From the NCBI GenBank assembly GCA_046754465.1, contig JBHHVU010000006.1, positions 1 to 64,000 of the forward strand: a DNA stretch of 64,000 nt, given 5' to 3'. The DNA is from Nitrospinaceae bacterium. GTDB lineage: Bacteria > Nitrospinota > Nitrospinia > Nitrospinales > VA-1. Position numbers and translations under genes: made by a program. Of the stretch, positions 37,197 to 46,933 are shown in pieces. A model generated the notes under the pieces. It saw only the letters and a list, made by a program, of their open reading frames with translations. It did no database searches and was not told the DNA's origin. The first letter of the stretch is position 1. Every line of letters starts with the position of its first letter.

Positions 37197-38909
37197 TTGA
37201 TGATTTTTCATTCCGATCTGTCCATTTCGACTTATTGGGTCCTTGGGCTCGCGGTGTGTTTGGCGTCATGCGTGACTCCGGAGGCTGCCTCGAAGAGGGA
37301 GACCCCCCGGCCCATGGAAAACCTGGTTCAAGTGCAGCCCGCGGAACTTCCCAAAGGGTTGAAAACAAGGGAGAAAGACACCCTTCCCTTCGACCTGACC
37401 CTGATCCAACCCGAGTTGAACCCCAAAATTCCCCGGGAGAGAGGCCCCAGGTTCACCTTGGCGGCCCGGGATGTGGATGTCAAAACCATTTTATTCGCGT
37501 TGTCGAAAAAAATTGATCAGAACATCATCATCGATCCGGATATTTCCGGAAAAGTCACCGTGAACCTGAAGGAAGTCACTTTGAAGGAAGCCCTGCGGAG
37601 CCTGCTGAGCCCTCTGCGCCTGGTTTTCGATATAGAAAAAGATTTCATCCGGGTCGAGCCCGCGAAAATGGAGACCCGGATTTTCCACCTGAATTACATA
37701 ATTTCCCACCGGACGGGAGGCGGAAACCTTCGGGCTTCGCGGAGCCTGGATTCATTTCGGGCAGCCAACTGGACTCAAAATGAGTCGGCCAACCTCGGGG
37801 GAAGCCTCGAGGCCTCACTCGCGGAAACCCCCTCATCCAGTTGGGTCCATTCTTCGGAAGAAACGGATATCTGGAAGGAAATTTTGTCCGGCCTGCGGCA
37901 AATTGTTTCGGGCGGGACCGGGGAGAGCGTCAGGTCCGGGAAGGTATCCAATTCTCATTCCTTTCCCTCCGGCCGCCATGCCACGTCTGAGGATTTACCC
38001 ACCCGGCCCGATTTTTCCGTGAACCGGCAGTCGGGAATCATCGTGGTCACCGACTACCCCGATGTCCTTCTGCGGGTGGCGGAATTCCTGGAAGCGGTGG
38101 AAGGATCGGTTCAGCGCCAGGTTTTTATCCAGTCCAGAATCATCGAGGTTTCACTCACCGAGCATTATCGTACGGGAATCGATTGGGACGAAGTCGCTCC
38201 CTTGAACCTCGCTTCCCCCGGGAAGGTTCCTTCGGGCAAAAAGGGCCTCATGTATGGTGTGGGAGACGCCCATCTCGACGCGATTGTCGACGCACTTTCC
38301 CGCCAAGGGGAGGTGCGGGTGCTCTCGAGCCCCAAAATTGCCACGTTGAACAACCAGCGCGCCGTGATCAAGGTGGGAACCGAGGATATCTTGTTCGTTC
38401 CGGAAAGATCCGGAACCTCCAAAGCCTCCCGAAAGCCGCGGGGCTACGTTCCATCTCCATTTATTATGGGGATTGTTCTCGATGTCGTTCCCCAAATCAA
38501 TGCTAACGGAATGGTCATGATGAGCATCCACACCAGCATCAGTGAAAAAACCGGGGAACGGGTTTCCCCAGACGGATGGAATACCGTGCCCATTCTGGAT
38601 GTGAGGGAATCCAATAGCGTGGTCCTCGCTGAAAACGGGCAGACGGTCGTGATCGGCGGACTCATGAAATCGAAAAAGGGCCCCCGGGAGGACCCGGGGT
38701 CCTGGCTCGAAGATATTCCTATTTTCGGAGGATGGTTTCAACAGGATGAAACCACTTCCAAAAAATCCGAATTGGTTATCCTTCTCACCCCGGAGATCAT
38801 GGCGGGCGGGGCCGTGGAGGATCGTTTGAGAATCGAGACGGACCGCCTCACCAGGTTCGGGGAACCGGGGTCCGTTGTCAATCCGGGACTCTCCTTCAAC
38901 CAAAATTGA
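37197..38909 (+). CDS. Secretin, MshL/GspD-like lipoprotein
   Basis: Lipobox LASC, STN-like N domain, TRIFHLNYI, RQVFIQSRIIEV, VLSSPKIATLNNQRA, KSELVILLTP. Confidence 0.88.
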   Translation: MMIFHSDLSISTYWVLGLAVCLASCVTPEAASKRETPRPMENLVQVQPAELPKGLKTREKDTLPFDLTLIQPELNPKIPRERGPRFTLAARDVDVKTILFALSKKIDQNIIIDPDISGKVTVNLKEVTLKEALRSLLSPLRLVFDIEKDFIRVEPAKMETRIFHLNYIISHRTGGGNLRASRSLDSFRAANWTQNESANLGGSLEASLAETPSSSWVHSSEETDIWKEILSGLRQIVSGGTGESVRSGKVSNSHSFPSGRHATSEDLPTRPDFSVNRQSGIIVVTDYPDVLLRVAEFLEAVEGSVQRQVFIQSRIIEVSLTEHYRTGIDWDEVAPLNLASPGKVPSGKKGLMYGVGDAHLDAIVDALSRQGEVRVLSSPKIATLNNQRAVIKVGTEDILFVPERSGTSKASRKPRGYVPSPFIMGIVLDVVPQINANGMVMMSIHTSISEKTGERVSPDGWNTVPILDVRESNSVVLAENGQTVVIGGLMKSKKGPREDPGSWLEDIPIFGGWFQQDETTSKKSELVILLTPEIMAGGAVEDRLRIETDRLTRFGEPGSVVNPGLSFNQN

Positions 38910-38917
38910 AAAAAGCC

Positions 38918-40471
38918 ATGTACGAAAACTTTTTCCATTTTAAAGAAAAGCCTTTCAGTTTAACCCCCGATCCCAGGTTCATGTTTCTGAGCAAACAGCA
39001 TCAGGGGGCGCTCGACCATATGTTGTATGGAATCAACCAGCGGGAGGGGTTCATGGTCATCGTCGGGGATGTCGGAACGGGAAAGACCACCCTGTGCCGA
39101 TGCCTGCTGGACCGATTGCCGGAAAATATCCAGGTGGCGCTGATCCTGAATCCCATGCTTTCCGACATGGATCTTTTGAGGACCTGCGTGCACGACCTTG
39201 GAGTGCGGCCCGCGAAAGCCTACCAAGGCGACGCGGTCCTGGCTGGGGCCTCCGACCCCGGCCCGGAGGAAGAAGCCCCGGCGGAGGACACCCAGGAACC
39301 GCCGGACGCCGAATGGGTCAACCGGGCTTCCAAAAAGGAATTGATCGATGCCCTGAACGCCTTCCTTCTCGCCCAGCACGAATCGGGAGGTTCCACGGTC
39401 CTGATCATCGATGAAGCACAGAACCTCTCATTGGATGTGATGGAGCAGCTCCGCATCCTGTCCAACCTGGAAACGGAAAAAGAGAAACTTCTCCAGATCA
39501 TTTTCGTGGGGCAGTTGGAATTGAATGAAAAACTGAAACTCCCCGCGCTGAAACAGTTGAACCAGCGAATTTCCATCCGCTATGAAATCACACCCCTCCA
39601 CAAGGAGGAAACCGTTCAATACATCAGTCACCGGATTCTCGTTGCCGGGGCGGGGTCCCGGGTCTCGTTCACCCGGTCCGCCCTGAACGAAATTTATAGT
39701 TATTCACGAGGATATCCAAGACTGACCAACCTGGTGTGCGATCGTTCTCTTCTGGGCGGATACAATGCCCAGGTGGATACCATCGAGCGTACGCACGTTC
39801 GGCAGGCCATCAAAAGCCTTTTAGGCGAAGAGGACAAGGATTATTTCCGCGACTGGTTTCTCAAGGCACGCTTGCCGGTATTGGCTTCGTTTCTGTTTTT
39901 TATCGCCGGCCTGGTTTTTTTCTCTCTCCCCTACCTGAAGGGCCGTGACAATAGTCCCTCCGGGAATGTGTTGTCCCTTCTGGGAGGGGTCGTCGCCCCG
40001 CCAGACAAGGGGGTGATGCCGGGTCCGCGACAAAGAAGTGTTCCGCCGGCCGCCCGGAAAAATCCGGATAAAAATTTCAAGCCCACCCGGGCTCCCGCGG
40101 CCCCTCCCCCCATTCCACCGGCTGCCGTTCCCTCCCCCGGCCGTGCGCCGGCGGAAACCCTCCAGGAAGAAAACGGCCCCTTGGCCTCCCCCGATGAAGA
40201 ACCCGTGCAACCTTCCCGGGGGAAGGCCGCAGTGAAATACCGGATCCAGATCTATTCCCTGAAAAATGAAGCCCGCGCAAAAGCGGAAGTGCAAAAGCTC
40301 GAGGAGGAAGGATTCGATGCCTTCTGGAAAAAGGCGGAGTCCATGGGAAAAGACTGGTTCATCGTGTACGTCGGACCCTTTCCGGATATCGAGCAGGCCC
40401 GGATTTATCTGGACGCTCTGAAATATTCCGGCCGAAATCCTATTTTGTTATCGGTTTCAAAGTCCGGCTAG
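38918..40471 (+). CDS. ExeA/MshM-like AAA ATPase with TM segment, Pro-rich linker and C-terminal SPOR domain
   Basis: MYENFFHFKEKPFSLTPDP, GDVGTGKTT, IIDEAQNL, GYPRLTNLVCD, C-terminal YRIQIYSL...VYVGPF. Confidence 0.88.
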   Translation: MYENFFHFKEKPFSLTPDPRFMFLSKQHQGALDHMLYGINQREGFMVIVGDVGTGKTTLCRCLLDRLPENIQVALILNPMLSDMDLLRTCVHDLGVRPAKAYQGDAVLAGASDPGPEEEAPAEDTQEPPDAEWVNRASKKELIDALNAFLLAQHESGGSTVLIIDEAQNLSLDVMEQLRILSNLETEKEKLLQIIFVGQLELNEKLKLPALKQLNQRISIRYEITPLHKEETVQYISHRILVAGAGSRVSFTRSALNEIYSYSRGYPRLTNLVCDRSLLGGYNAQVDTIERTHVRQAIKSLLGEEDKDYFRDWFLKARLPVLASFLFFIAGLVFFSLPYLKGRDNSPSGNVLSLLGGVVAPPDKGVMPGPRQRSVPPAARKNPDKNFKPTRAPAAPPPIPPAAVPSPGRAPAETLQEENGPLASPDEEPVQPSRGKAAVKYRIQIYSLKNEARAKAEVQKLEEEGFDAFWKKAESMGKDWFIVYVGPFPDIEQARIYLDALKYSGRNPILLSVSKSG

Positions 40472-40483
40472 GGGAGAGTTGTC

Positions 40484-41800
40484 TTGAGCCTGATCGCCAA
40501 CAGCCTGAAAAAGGCCATCAAGGAGAAATCCTCCAAACGCAACCCCGGGCCGGGGATGGGTTTATTGGGAGGGGGAAAGGGCGCCAAGCCACCCCTCATT
40601 TCCATGATCTTGAGGTTGCTCCTTCTTGTGGGACTCCCCACGGGGGTTTTGATCTATTTGATCTCCGTCGGCGCCTTTAATGTACGCAAGGAAAAAGGTT
40701 CCCCGCCGCCGGTCCCGTCCGCCCAAAAATCACTGCGAAAACAGAAAGCGTCTCCCCCGGCGGAGGCAAGATTTCAGACCCGGCAGAAGGCTGTGCGGCC
40801 CTCTTTCCCTCAACCCCTTCCCGGGCGGCTGAACCAGCCTCCTTTTCCCAGAAGACAGCCTCGCACTCATAAAGTGGAGGTGGGGCCTCAAAAAATCCCG
40901 CAACAGGAAAAGACATTTGGTTCCCTCAGCCGGGAAAAGATCCCCCAACGCCCGCGGCTGAGGCCCCCGCCGGCAGGGTTTCCCCAGGTTTCCCAAAAAC
41001 GGGGCAGGGTGACGCCTCCCCCGAGCCGGGCGCTGGAGCCGGTGACCTCCGGGGAGGTCGCCCGCAAAAAACCTCCGCCGCGGTACCCTCCCCCGAAAAA
41101 AAAGGGAAAGTCCATTGTGGCGGGAGCCCGGCCGGAGAAGGGCAAAACGAAGGCCGCGTTACCGCCCACGCCAGACAATGTGCCGGAAATCCGCACCACT
41201 CTGTCCAAGCCGTCGGAGGACGTGTTCCAGAACAGTGATTTTTATTTCAACCGCGCGGTTTTTTTCCAGCAGTCCCAGGAGTGGGACAAGGCCCTGACCA
41301 ATTATATCCAGGCGGCCAAACTGGACCCCGACAATCCGGATACCTACAACAATATGGGCGTGATTTACAAGGAACTCGGAAAATACGAAGCGGCGATCGA
41401 AGAATTTCTCAGGGCGGTCTTTCTGGACCCGGACTATGCCAAGGCCTACAACAACATCGGCGTGGTCTATTTCATGCAGAAAAACTACGAGGGGGCCATC
41501 CGGAATTATCAGAAAGCCGTGGAGATCAATCCCCACAATCTGGAGGCTTTCAACAACCTGGCGATCGTTTATAAGAACCAGGAACAACCAGAAAAAGCGA
41601 AGGCGGTTCTCAACAAGGCCCTTTCCCTGAATCCGGACCATCCGGGGACCAATTACAATCTGGCGGTGCTTTACGAGGCCTACGGCGACATGACCCCCTC
41701 GATTTATTATTATCGCCGGTTCATGGATCTTGGAAAAATCAGTTATCCCTCGCTGGTGTTTGAGGTGCAAAAACATCTCGAAGCCCTGAAAACACCCTAG
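40484..41800 (+). CDS. Membrane-anchored TPR protein (MshN/GspB-like position)
   Basis: MSLIANSLKKA N-terminus, TM segment, long Pro/Lys-rich linker and about five TPRs (YNNMGVIY, YNNIGVVY, FNNLAIVY). Confidence 0.82.
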   Translation: MSLIANSLKKAIKEKSSKRNPGPGMGLLGGGKGAKPPLISMILRLLLLVGLPTGVLIYLISVGAFNVRKEKGSPPPVPSAQKSLRKQKASPPAEARFQTRQKAVRPSFPQPLPGRLNQPPFPRRQPRTHKVEVGPQKIPQQEKTFGSLSREKIPQRPRLRPPPAGFPQVSQKRGRVTPPPSRALEPVTSGEVARKKPPPRYPPPKKKGKSIVAGARPEKGKTKAALPPTPDNVPEIRTTLSKPSEDVFQNSDFYFNRAVFFQQSQEWDKALTNYIQAAKLDPDNPDTYNNMGVIYKELGKYEAAIEEFLRAVFLDPDYAKAYNNIGVVYFMQKNYEGAIRNYQKAVEINPHNLEAFNNLAIVYKNQEQPEKAKAVLNKALSLNPDHPGTNYNLAVLYEAYGDMTPSIYYYRRFMDLGKISYPSLVFEVQKHLEALKTP

Positions 41801-42015
41801 GAAAGTGACGCAGTGTTTCCCGTTCCCCGAGGGGCACTCCCTCACCGTTAGGGAAACCCGGTGGAAAACCCAGGCACCGCCGGGAGGGTTGCCGTCTCAT
41901 CCTGAAAAGGGGGAATGGATTAAAACTGAAATTCGGCGGGGAAATCGAGTAAAATGGGGCATTCCCGAAACTTCAAGGAACCTTCCCCGGAGGCTGGGGG
42001 CCGGGGTCGACAAAA

Positions 42016-42705
42016 TTGAAAAAAACGATTAAGAAAAATTTGATTGCGGGGCTGCTCGTCACCGTGCCCGCTGGCTTGACTTACCTGGTGCTGGCCTTTG
42101 TCATCCGGAATGTGGACGAAGCCATGGTTCCGGTCATCACCAAGGTTTTCGGTGAATCCGTACTGACGTGGATGGAGGAGTATCATATTCCCGGAATGGG
42201 ATTCGTTTTTCTGATCCTTTTCATCATTTTGGTGGGGTTGTTCGCCACCAATTTTCTTGGGCGGAAGGTGGTGCAAATCGGCGAACGCATCCTCCACAAA
42301 ATCCCGTTCGTCCGCGTCATTTATACCAGTATCAAAAAGGTGGTGGACACAATTTCACAGACCCGGGGACCCACGTTCCAGAAAATGGTTCTTGTGACCT
42401 ATCCCCGCCCGCCGTTAAAGACTCTGGGAATCGTCTGCTGCGATACCAAGGGGGAGATTCGGAGCAAAACCCTGGGCGACACCATCAATGTTTTCGTACC
42501 GACTTCTCCCAATCCCACCACGGGGTTTCTTTTGATGGTGCCGCGCAAGGATCTGGTCTTTCTCGAGATGTCCGTTGAGGACGGATTGAAAATGATTATA
42601 TCCTTCGGAATGGTGGGGCCCAACGGGGCGAATGAACTTTCGCCCGAAAGCGAAAAAGGGCTGGACCGGGATACCGGCGCCCGGCCGATATCGGCGGGTT
42701 CCTGA
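42016..42705 (+). CDS. DUF502 membrane protein
   Basis: LIAGLLVTVP, KIPFVRVIYTSIK, VFVPTSPNPTTGF, MSVEDGLKMIISFG. Confidence 0.9.
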   Translation: MKKTIKKNLIAGLLVTVPAGLTYLVLAFVIRNVDEAMVPVITKVFGESVLTWMEEYHIPGMGFVFLILFIILVGLFATNFLGRKVVQIGERILHKIPFVRVIYTSIKKVVDTISQTRGPTFQKMVLVTYPRPPLKTLGIVCCDTKGEIRSKTLGDTINVFVPTSPNPTTGFLLMVPRKDLVFLEMSVEDGLKMIISFGMVGPNGANELSPESEKGLDRDTGARPISAGS

Positions 42706-42707
42706 AT

Positions 42708-43322
42708 CTACCTGGCGGCGGGGGTTTTTCGTTTTCCCGCGAGTTTCTCGCTGAGTTGCTTGGCGACCTTGACATCCAACTTGCTGAGCACCTTCCCCGC
42801 GACCTTGCTTTTCATTCCTGAAATGATCTGGAGCGCCAGGTCTTCGTTGATGGCTTCCAGCAATCGCGCGGCCTCCTGCGGCTTCATGCTGGAATAGGCC
42901 TTGACCAGCGCCTGGACGTTCTTCTTGACCAGGTCTTTCTGGATCCCCAATTGCTGCTCGCTCTTGGCGATGGCCGCCTCAATTTTTTTAAGGTCCTGCT
43001 GAATATTTTGCTCCAGGGTTTTCAGGCGTTGTTCCCTCAACCGGATTTGTTCTTCCCGCTTTTTGAGGTCCCGGTTTTTCTTTTCGATCGTTTCAATCAT
43101 CCGGAAAGCTTCCGGACTGATTCCCGAAACGGGTCCGGGAAGCTTGACCGGCGCCGCCGGTTCTTTTTTTTCCTGGGCGGATTCATCCTCCGGGGCGGAC
43201 GGTTTTTCCTCCTGGGCGAAAACCATTCCGGGATTTGGGGGAATGCTAACCGGGGCAACCCCCAGCGCCCATAAGAACGCCGCGGTGGGAATGATAACAG
43301 TAATAAGGATTCCGACCTTCAT
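42708..43322 (-). CDS. MotE/FlbB/FlgY-like flagellar protein (coiled coil plus MgtE-N/FliG-like helical repeat)
   Basis: N-terminal hydrophobic segment, coiled coil, LVKAYSSMKPQEAARLL...MKSKVAGKVLSKLD. Lies directly after fliJ. Confidence 0.78.
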   Translation of the reverse strand: MKVGILITVIIPTAAFLWALGVAPVSIPPNPGMVFAQEEKPSAPEDESAQEKKEPAAPVKLPGPVSGISPEAFRMIETIEKKNRDLKKREEQIRLREQRLKTLEQNIQQDLKKIEAAIAKSEQQLGIQKDLVKKNVQALVKAYSSMKPQEAARLLEAINEDLALQIISGMKSKVAGKVLSKLDVKVAKQLSEKLAGKRKTPAAR

Positions 43323-43333
43323 AGTCCGCCTGA

Positions 43334-43768
43334 TCACAAGTTCATACGCCACACGTTGGATCCCGTTTCGTCCAACATATCCACTTCCGTTTTATTTTGT
43401 AATTTTTTAAACGCCGAAAAGTCCCTTTCCTTGAGAATTTCCAGGGTCCTCCGTTTTCGCATCGCGGCCAACAGCTCCTGTTTTTTGCTCTCAAACTTCT
43501 CCGCGACTTCGGCGATCACCTTTTCCTGGCGCGTCTTTTCCAGTTGAACCCCCATGAAAAAATTATTGTATAGCATCATGGAGTTGACGCTCATCTCCTC
43601 GCCCATTTTCCGGTTCAATTGTTTTTTCCGGTCTTCCGTGATGTCTTCCATAAACCGCAGGCGTTCTTTCTGGTTTTGGAGATGGGAAAGGATCCGGCCC
43701 AGTTCTTTTTGAATCAGGTCTTCCCGTTCCTTATTCACTTTCAACAGGGTTTCAAAACGAAACTTCAC
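43334..43768 (-). CDS. fliJ: Flagellar export protein FliJ
   Basis: MKFRFETLLKV...RRTLEILKE...DE; 144-aa coiled coil after fliI. Confidence 0.87.
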   Translation of the reverse strand: MKFRFETLLKVNKEREDLIQKELGRILSHLQNQKERLRFMEDITEDRKKQLNRKMGEEMSVNSMMLYNNFFMGVQLEKTRQEKVIAEVAEKFESKKQELLAAMRKRRTLEILKERDFSAFKKLQNKTEVDMLDETGSNVWRMNL

Positions 43769-45093
43769 GTCCCTTTCTCCACAATGGCTTTCAATTCATG
43801 AAAACTTTGTTGCAGGTCGACCCTCTCTTCCATTCCCTGGCGAAGGTACTGGTTCATCCGCTCCAATTTATCGATGGCGTTGTCGATCTTGGGATTGCTC
43901 CCGCGGGTGTAGGCCCCGATATTGATCAGGTCCTTGGCTTCCCGGTAAGTCGCGAGGATATCCTTGAATAGCATGGAGGATTCGTAATGCTCCCTGGAAA
44001 TCACGTCGATCATCAAACGGCTGATGCTGTTGAGTATGTCGACGGCGGGATAATGGTTGTGCGATGCGAGCTCCCGGCTGAGAACCAGGTGGCCGTCGAG
44101 GATCGCCCGGACGGCATCCGAGATGGGTTCGTTCAAATCGTCGCCCTCCACCAGGACCGTGTAGAGTCCGGTAATGGTGCCCTCGGCGTGATGGGTCCCG
44201 GCCCTTTCCAAAAGTTTGGGAAGCATGGAAAATACGGAAGGCGTGTACCCCCGGGTCGTGGGAGGTTCCCCGACAGAAAGCCCGATCTCCCGCTGGGCCA
44301 GGGCGAACCGGGTGACCGAGTCCATCATGAGGATCACGTCCTTTCCCTGGTCGCGGAAAAATTCGGCGATGGTGGTGGCGATGAACGCTCCGCGCAAGCG
44401 CACCAGGGGCGGTTGGTCCGAGGCAGCGGCCACCACGACGGATTTTTTCAACCCTTCGGCCCCAAGATTTTCCTCGATAAACTCCTTGACCTCCCTGCCG
44501 CGTTCCCCGATCAGGGCGATCACGTTCACATCCGCTTTCGTATTGCGGGCGATCATTCCCATCAGCACGGATTTGCCCACTCCCGTTCCCGCGAGGATGC
44601 CGATGCGCTGACCCTTGGCGCAGGTGAGGAGACCGTTGATGGACCGGATGCCGACATCGAGGGGTTCTTGAACCCGCTGCCGTTCCAAGGGGTTCAACGG
44701 GGTTCCCATCAGGGGATATTCCATCATGGGGGGGATGGGACCCTTGCCGTCCAGTGGACGGCCGTTGCCGTCGATCACGCGGCCGATCAGCTTGGGACTC
44801 ACATTGACGGTCGGGTACTCGTCTTCCGATTCGATGATGCTTCCGGGTTGGATGCCGATCATGTCTCCCAGGGGCATGAGTAGGGTCCGATTGTCGCGGA
44901 ATCCCACCACCTGGGCTTCCACTGGGGGACGGTGGTTTCCGGGATGAATGGTGCAGATACTGCCGACGGAGGCTGCCGGCCCGTTCCCTTCGAGGATCAG
45001 GCCGATGATCCGGTTCACCTTGCCCGTTTTTCGTACAAAGGAAGAGTTTTCGATGAAGGAGCGGTATTTTTTCAGATCAATGGTATCTTCCAT
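43765..45093 (-). CDS. fliI: Flagellum-specific export ATPase FliI
   Basis: AGTGVGKS, ALIGERGREV, MDSVTRFALAQREIGL, GEPPTTRGY. Confidence 0.95.
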   Translation of the reverse strand: MEDTIDLKKYRSFIENSSFVRKTGKVNRIIGLILEGNGPAASVGSICTIHPGNHRPPVEAQVVGFRDNRTLLMPLGDMIGIQPGSIIESEDEYPTVNVSPKLIGRVIDGNGRPLDGKGPIPPMMEYPLMGTPLNPLERQRVQEPLDVGIRSINGLLTCAKGQRIGILAGTGVGKSVLMGMIARNTKADVNVIALIGERGREVKEFIEENLGAEGLKKSVVVAAASDQPPLVRLRGAFIATTIAEFFRDQGKDVILMMDSVTRFALAQREIGLSVGEPPTTRGYTPSVFSMLPKLLERAGTHHAEGTITGLYTVLVEGDDLNEPISDAVRAILDGHLVLSRELASHNHYPAVDILNSISRLMIDVISREHYESSMLFKDILATYREAKDLINIGAYTRGSNPKIDNAIDKLERMNQYLRQGMEERVDLQQSFHELKAIVEKGT

Positions 45094-45102
45094 GTCCGGT
45101 GC

Positions 45103-45912
45103 TCAGGAGCCGGGATTCTGCTTCGGCGGTTCTTCGGGAGGCGGCGGCGTGAGGTGCAGGATTTTATCGATCTGGCCGCTCAGCTTGTCCATGCGGGCAT
45201 CCACGGTCCCGAAGTTGGTTTCGATAATGCACCCGCCGCGTTCAATGCCTGAATGCGGTTCAAAAGTGATATTCTTGATCTCCCCGAACTGGCGCTGCAG
45301 CTCCGGACGGAAGTTTTCCGCGTATTCCTTGTCAACGGGATTGATCTTGATGGTCATCGATTCCTTGTCCAAAACCGATTGCACCGCCAGTTTGATCATT
45401 TCCTGAACACTGTCTTCCCGGGTGGACAGTTCAAACTCGATGACTTTCTTGACCAGGGAAATCACCATTTCGACCATTTCCCGTTCCACCTTGGAATACA
45501 TTTTTTTCCGGAACCCGCTCAGATCCCGAATCGTATTTTGGAGGGTCTCCAGGAGGGGGCGAAATTCCTCCTTGGCATCGAGTTCCCCTTTTTTGAACCC
45601 TTCCTCGTATCCCGTTTTCCGCGCTTCCTTTTCCGCCTGTTCTTTTATTTCGATCGCCTGGCGTTTGGCTTTTTGAATGGCGTCGGCCAGGATTTCTTTG
45701 ACACCCTGCTTGGCTTTTTGAATTTTTTTGGCGTCAAAGTTTGTGGCCTCCTCGGAATCGTAGACGAATCCGCCTCCCTTGCCTTTGTTTTGTGACACCA
45801 GTTCGAGCAACTCGAAATCGCGGACCTGTTCCCGTGAGGGTTCCCCGGGGGAGGGCTCGGGGGATTCAACGGCCTGGTAACTGCGGATGAAAGTTTTTGG
45901 ATTTTTATACAA
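45103..45912 (-). CDS. fliH: Flagellar assembly protein FliH
   Basis: GYEEGFKKG repeats and GGCIIETNFGTVDA. Lies between fliG and fliI. Confidence 0.9.
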   Translation of the reverse strand: MYKNPKTFIRSYQAVESPEPSPGEPSREQVRDFELLELVSQNKGKGGGFVYDSEEATNFDAKKIQKAKQGVKEILADAIQKAKRQAIEIKEQAEKEARKTGYEEGFKKGELDAKEEFRPLLETLQNTIRDLSGFRKKMYSKVEREMVEMVISLVKKVIEFELSTREDSVQEMIKLAVQSVLDKESMTIKINPVDKEYAENFRPELQRQFGEIKNITFEPHSGIERGGCIIETNFGTVDARMDKLSGQIDKILHLTPPPPEEPPKQNPGS

Positions 45913-46915
45913 GTTCTTCCCCTCCTCCGCCCCCGATCACCAATTTCCCCTCTTCTTCGAGGCGCTTGCAGATGGAAACGATTTTCTGCTGGGCTTTCTC
46001 CACTTCGCTGATCTTCGTGGGGCCGAGAGCTTCCAGATCCTCTCTCAGCATCATGGCGGCCCGTTCGGACATGTTATGGAACCATTTCTCCTTGAGCTCT
46101 TCACTGGCGGTCTTGAGGGAAATGAGCAGGTCCTCCTGATTGATTTCCTTCAGGACCAACTGGAGGCCATGATCGTCGATCTTCTGGATATCTTCGTAAG
46201 TGAACCTCAGGTTGCGGATTTCGTTGGCCATGTCCGGGTCGACCTCGTCCATGGCGGACAAAATGGCCGTTTCGGTGGCCCGGTCGAGGGCTCCCATGAT
46301 ATGAGCGGCGGACTGAACGCCTCCCAGTTTGCTTCCCGATACGGCTCCAGACGTCCTGAACTCATTCTGCAACGCCTCGTCGAGCTCCCGGAGAATGCTG
46401 GGCGATACCCGCTCGAGGGTGGCCATGCGGTGGATGATTTCCATGCGGGCGTCTTCCGGCATTTCCCGCAGCGTCTGGCTGGCCACCGGGGCCTCCAGGT
46501 GGGCCATGACGATCGCTGCGGTTTGCGGGTGTTCATTGACGAGAAAGTTGGCGATGGTCTTGGGCTCCAACATGCGGAGCGTTTCCAGTCCGCCTCCCAT
46601 TTCCTCGCCCGGAGTGGTGATGTTATTCAGGATTTCGGTGGCCTTGCCCGGGTCGAGCGCTTTCATCAGCGTCGATTTCAGAAAATCCATTCCCGCGATG
46701 CCCAGTCCGCCGGTGCCCGTTTCCACGCTGTCGTAAAATTCCCGGGTGATCGCGTCCATAGAGGGGATATCCACATCCCCCAGGGAGGACATGTAGTTGC
46801 CGAGTATCTGAATTTCCCGTTCATCCATGTTGGCCAGAACAGCGGCGGCGATCTCTTCTCCCATTGACATCAGCAGGATAGCCGCTCTTTCGGGTCCGGA
46901 ATATTTTTTCGCCAT
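45905..46915 (-). CDS. fliG: Flagellar motor switch protein FliG
   Basis: RAAILLMSMGE, EHPQTAAIV, GGVQSAA, NMSERAA, VEKAQQKIV. Confidence 0.96.
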   Translation of the reverse strand: MAKKYSGPERAAILLMSMGEEIAAAVLANMDEREIQILGNYMSSLGDVDIPSMDAITREFYDSVETGTGGLGIAGMDFLKSTLMKALDPGKATEILNNITTPGEEMGGGLETLRMLEPKTIANFLVNEHPQTAAIVMAHLEAPVASQTLREMPEDARMEIIHRMATLERVSPSILRELDEALQNEFRTSGAVSGSKLGGVQSAAHIMGALDRATETAILSAMDEVDPDMANEIRNLRFTYEDIQKIDDHGLQLVLKEINQEDLLISLKTASEELKEKWFHNMSERAAMMLREDLEALGPTKISEVEKAQQKIVSICKRLEEEGKLVIGGGGGEELV

Positions 46916-46933
46916 GGCAGTGTCCCGGAAAGT

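Noticed and set aside
40020..41180. Pro-rich low-complexity stretches as DNA repeats
   Set aside because: These are protein linker composition within the ExeA-like and TPR genes, with no discrete nucleotide repeat unit.
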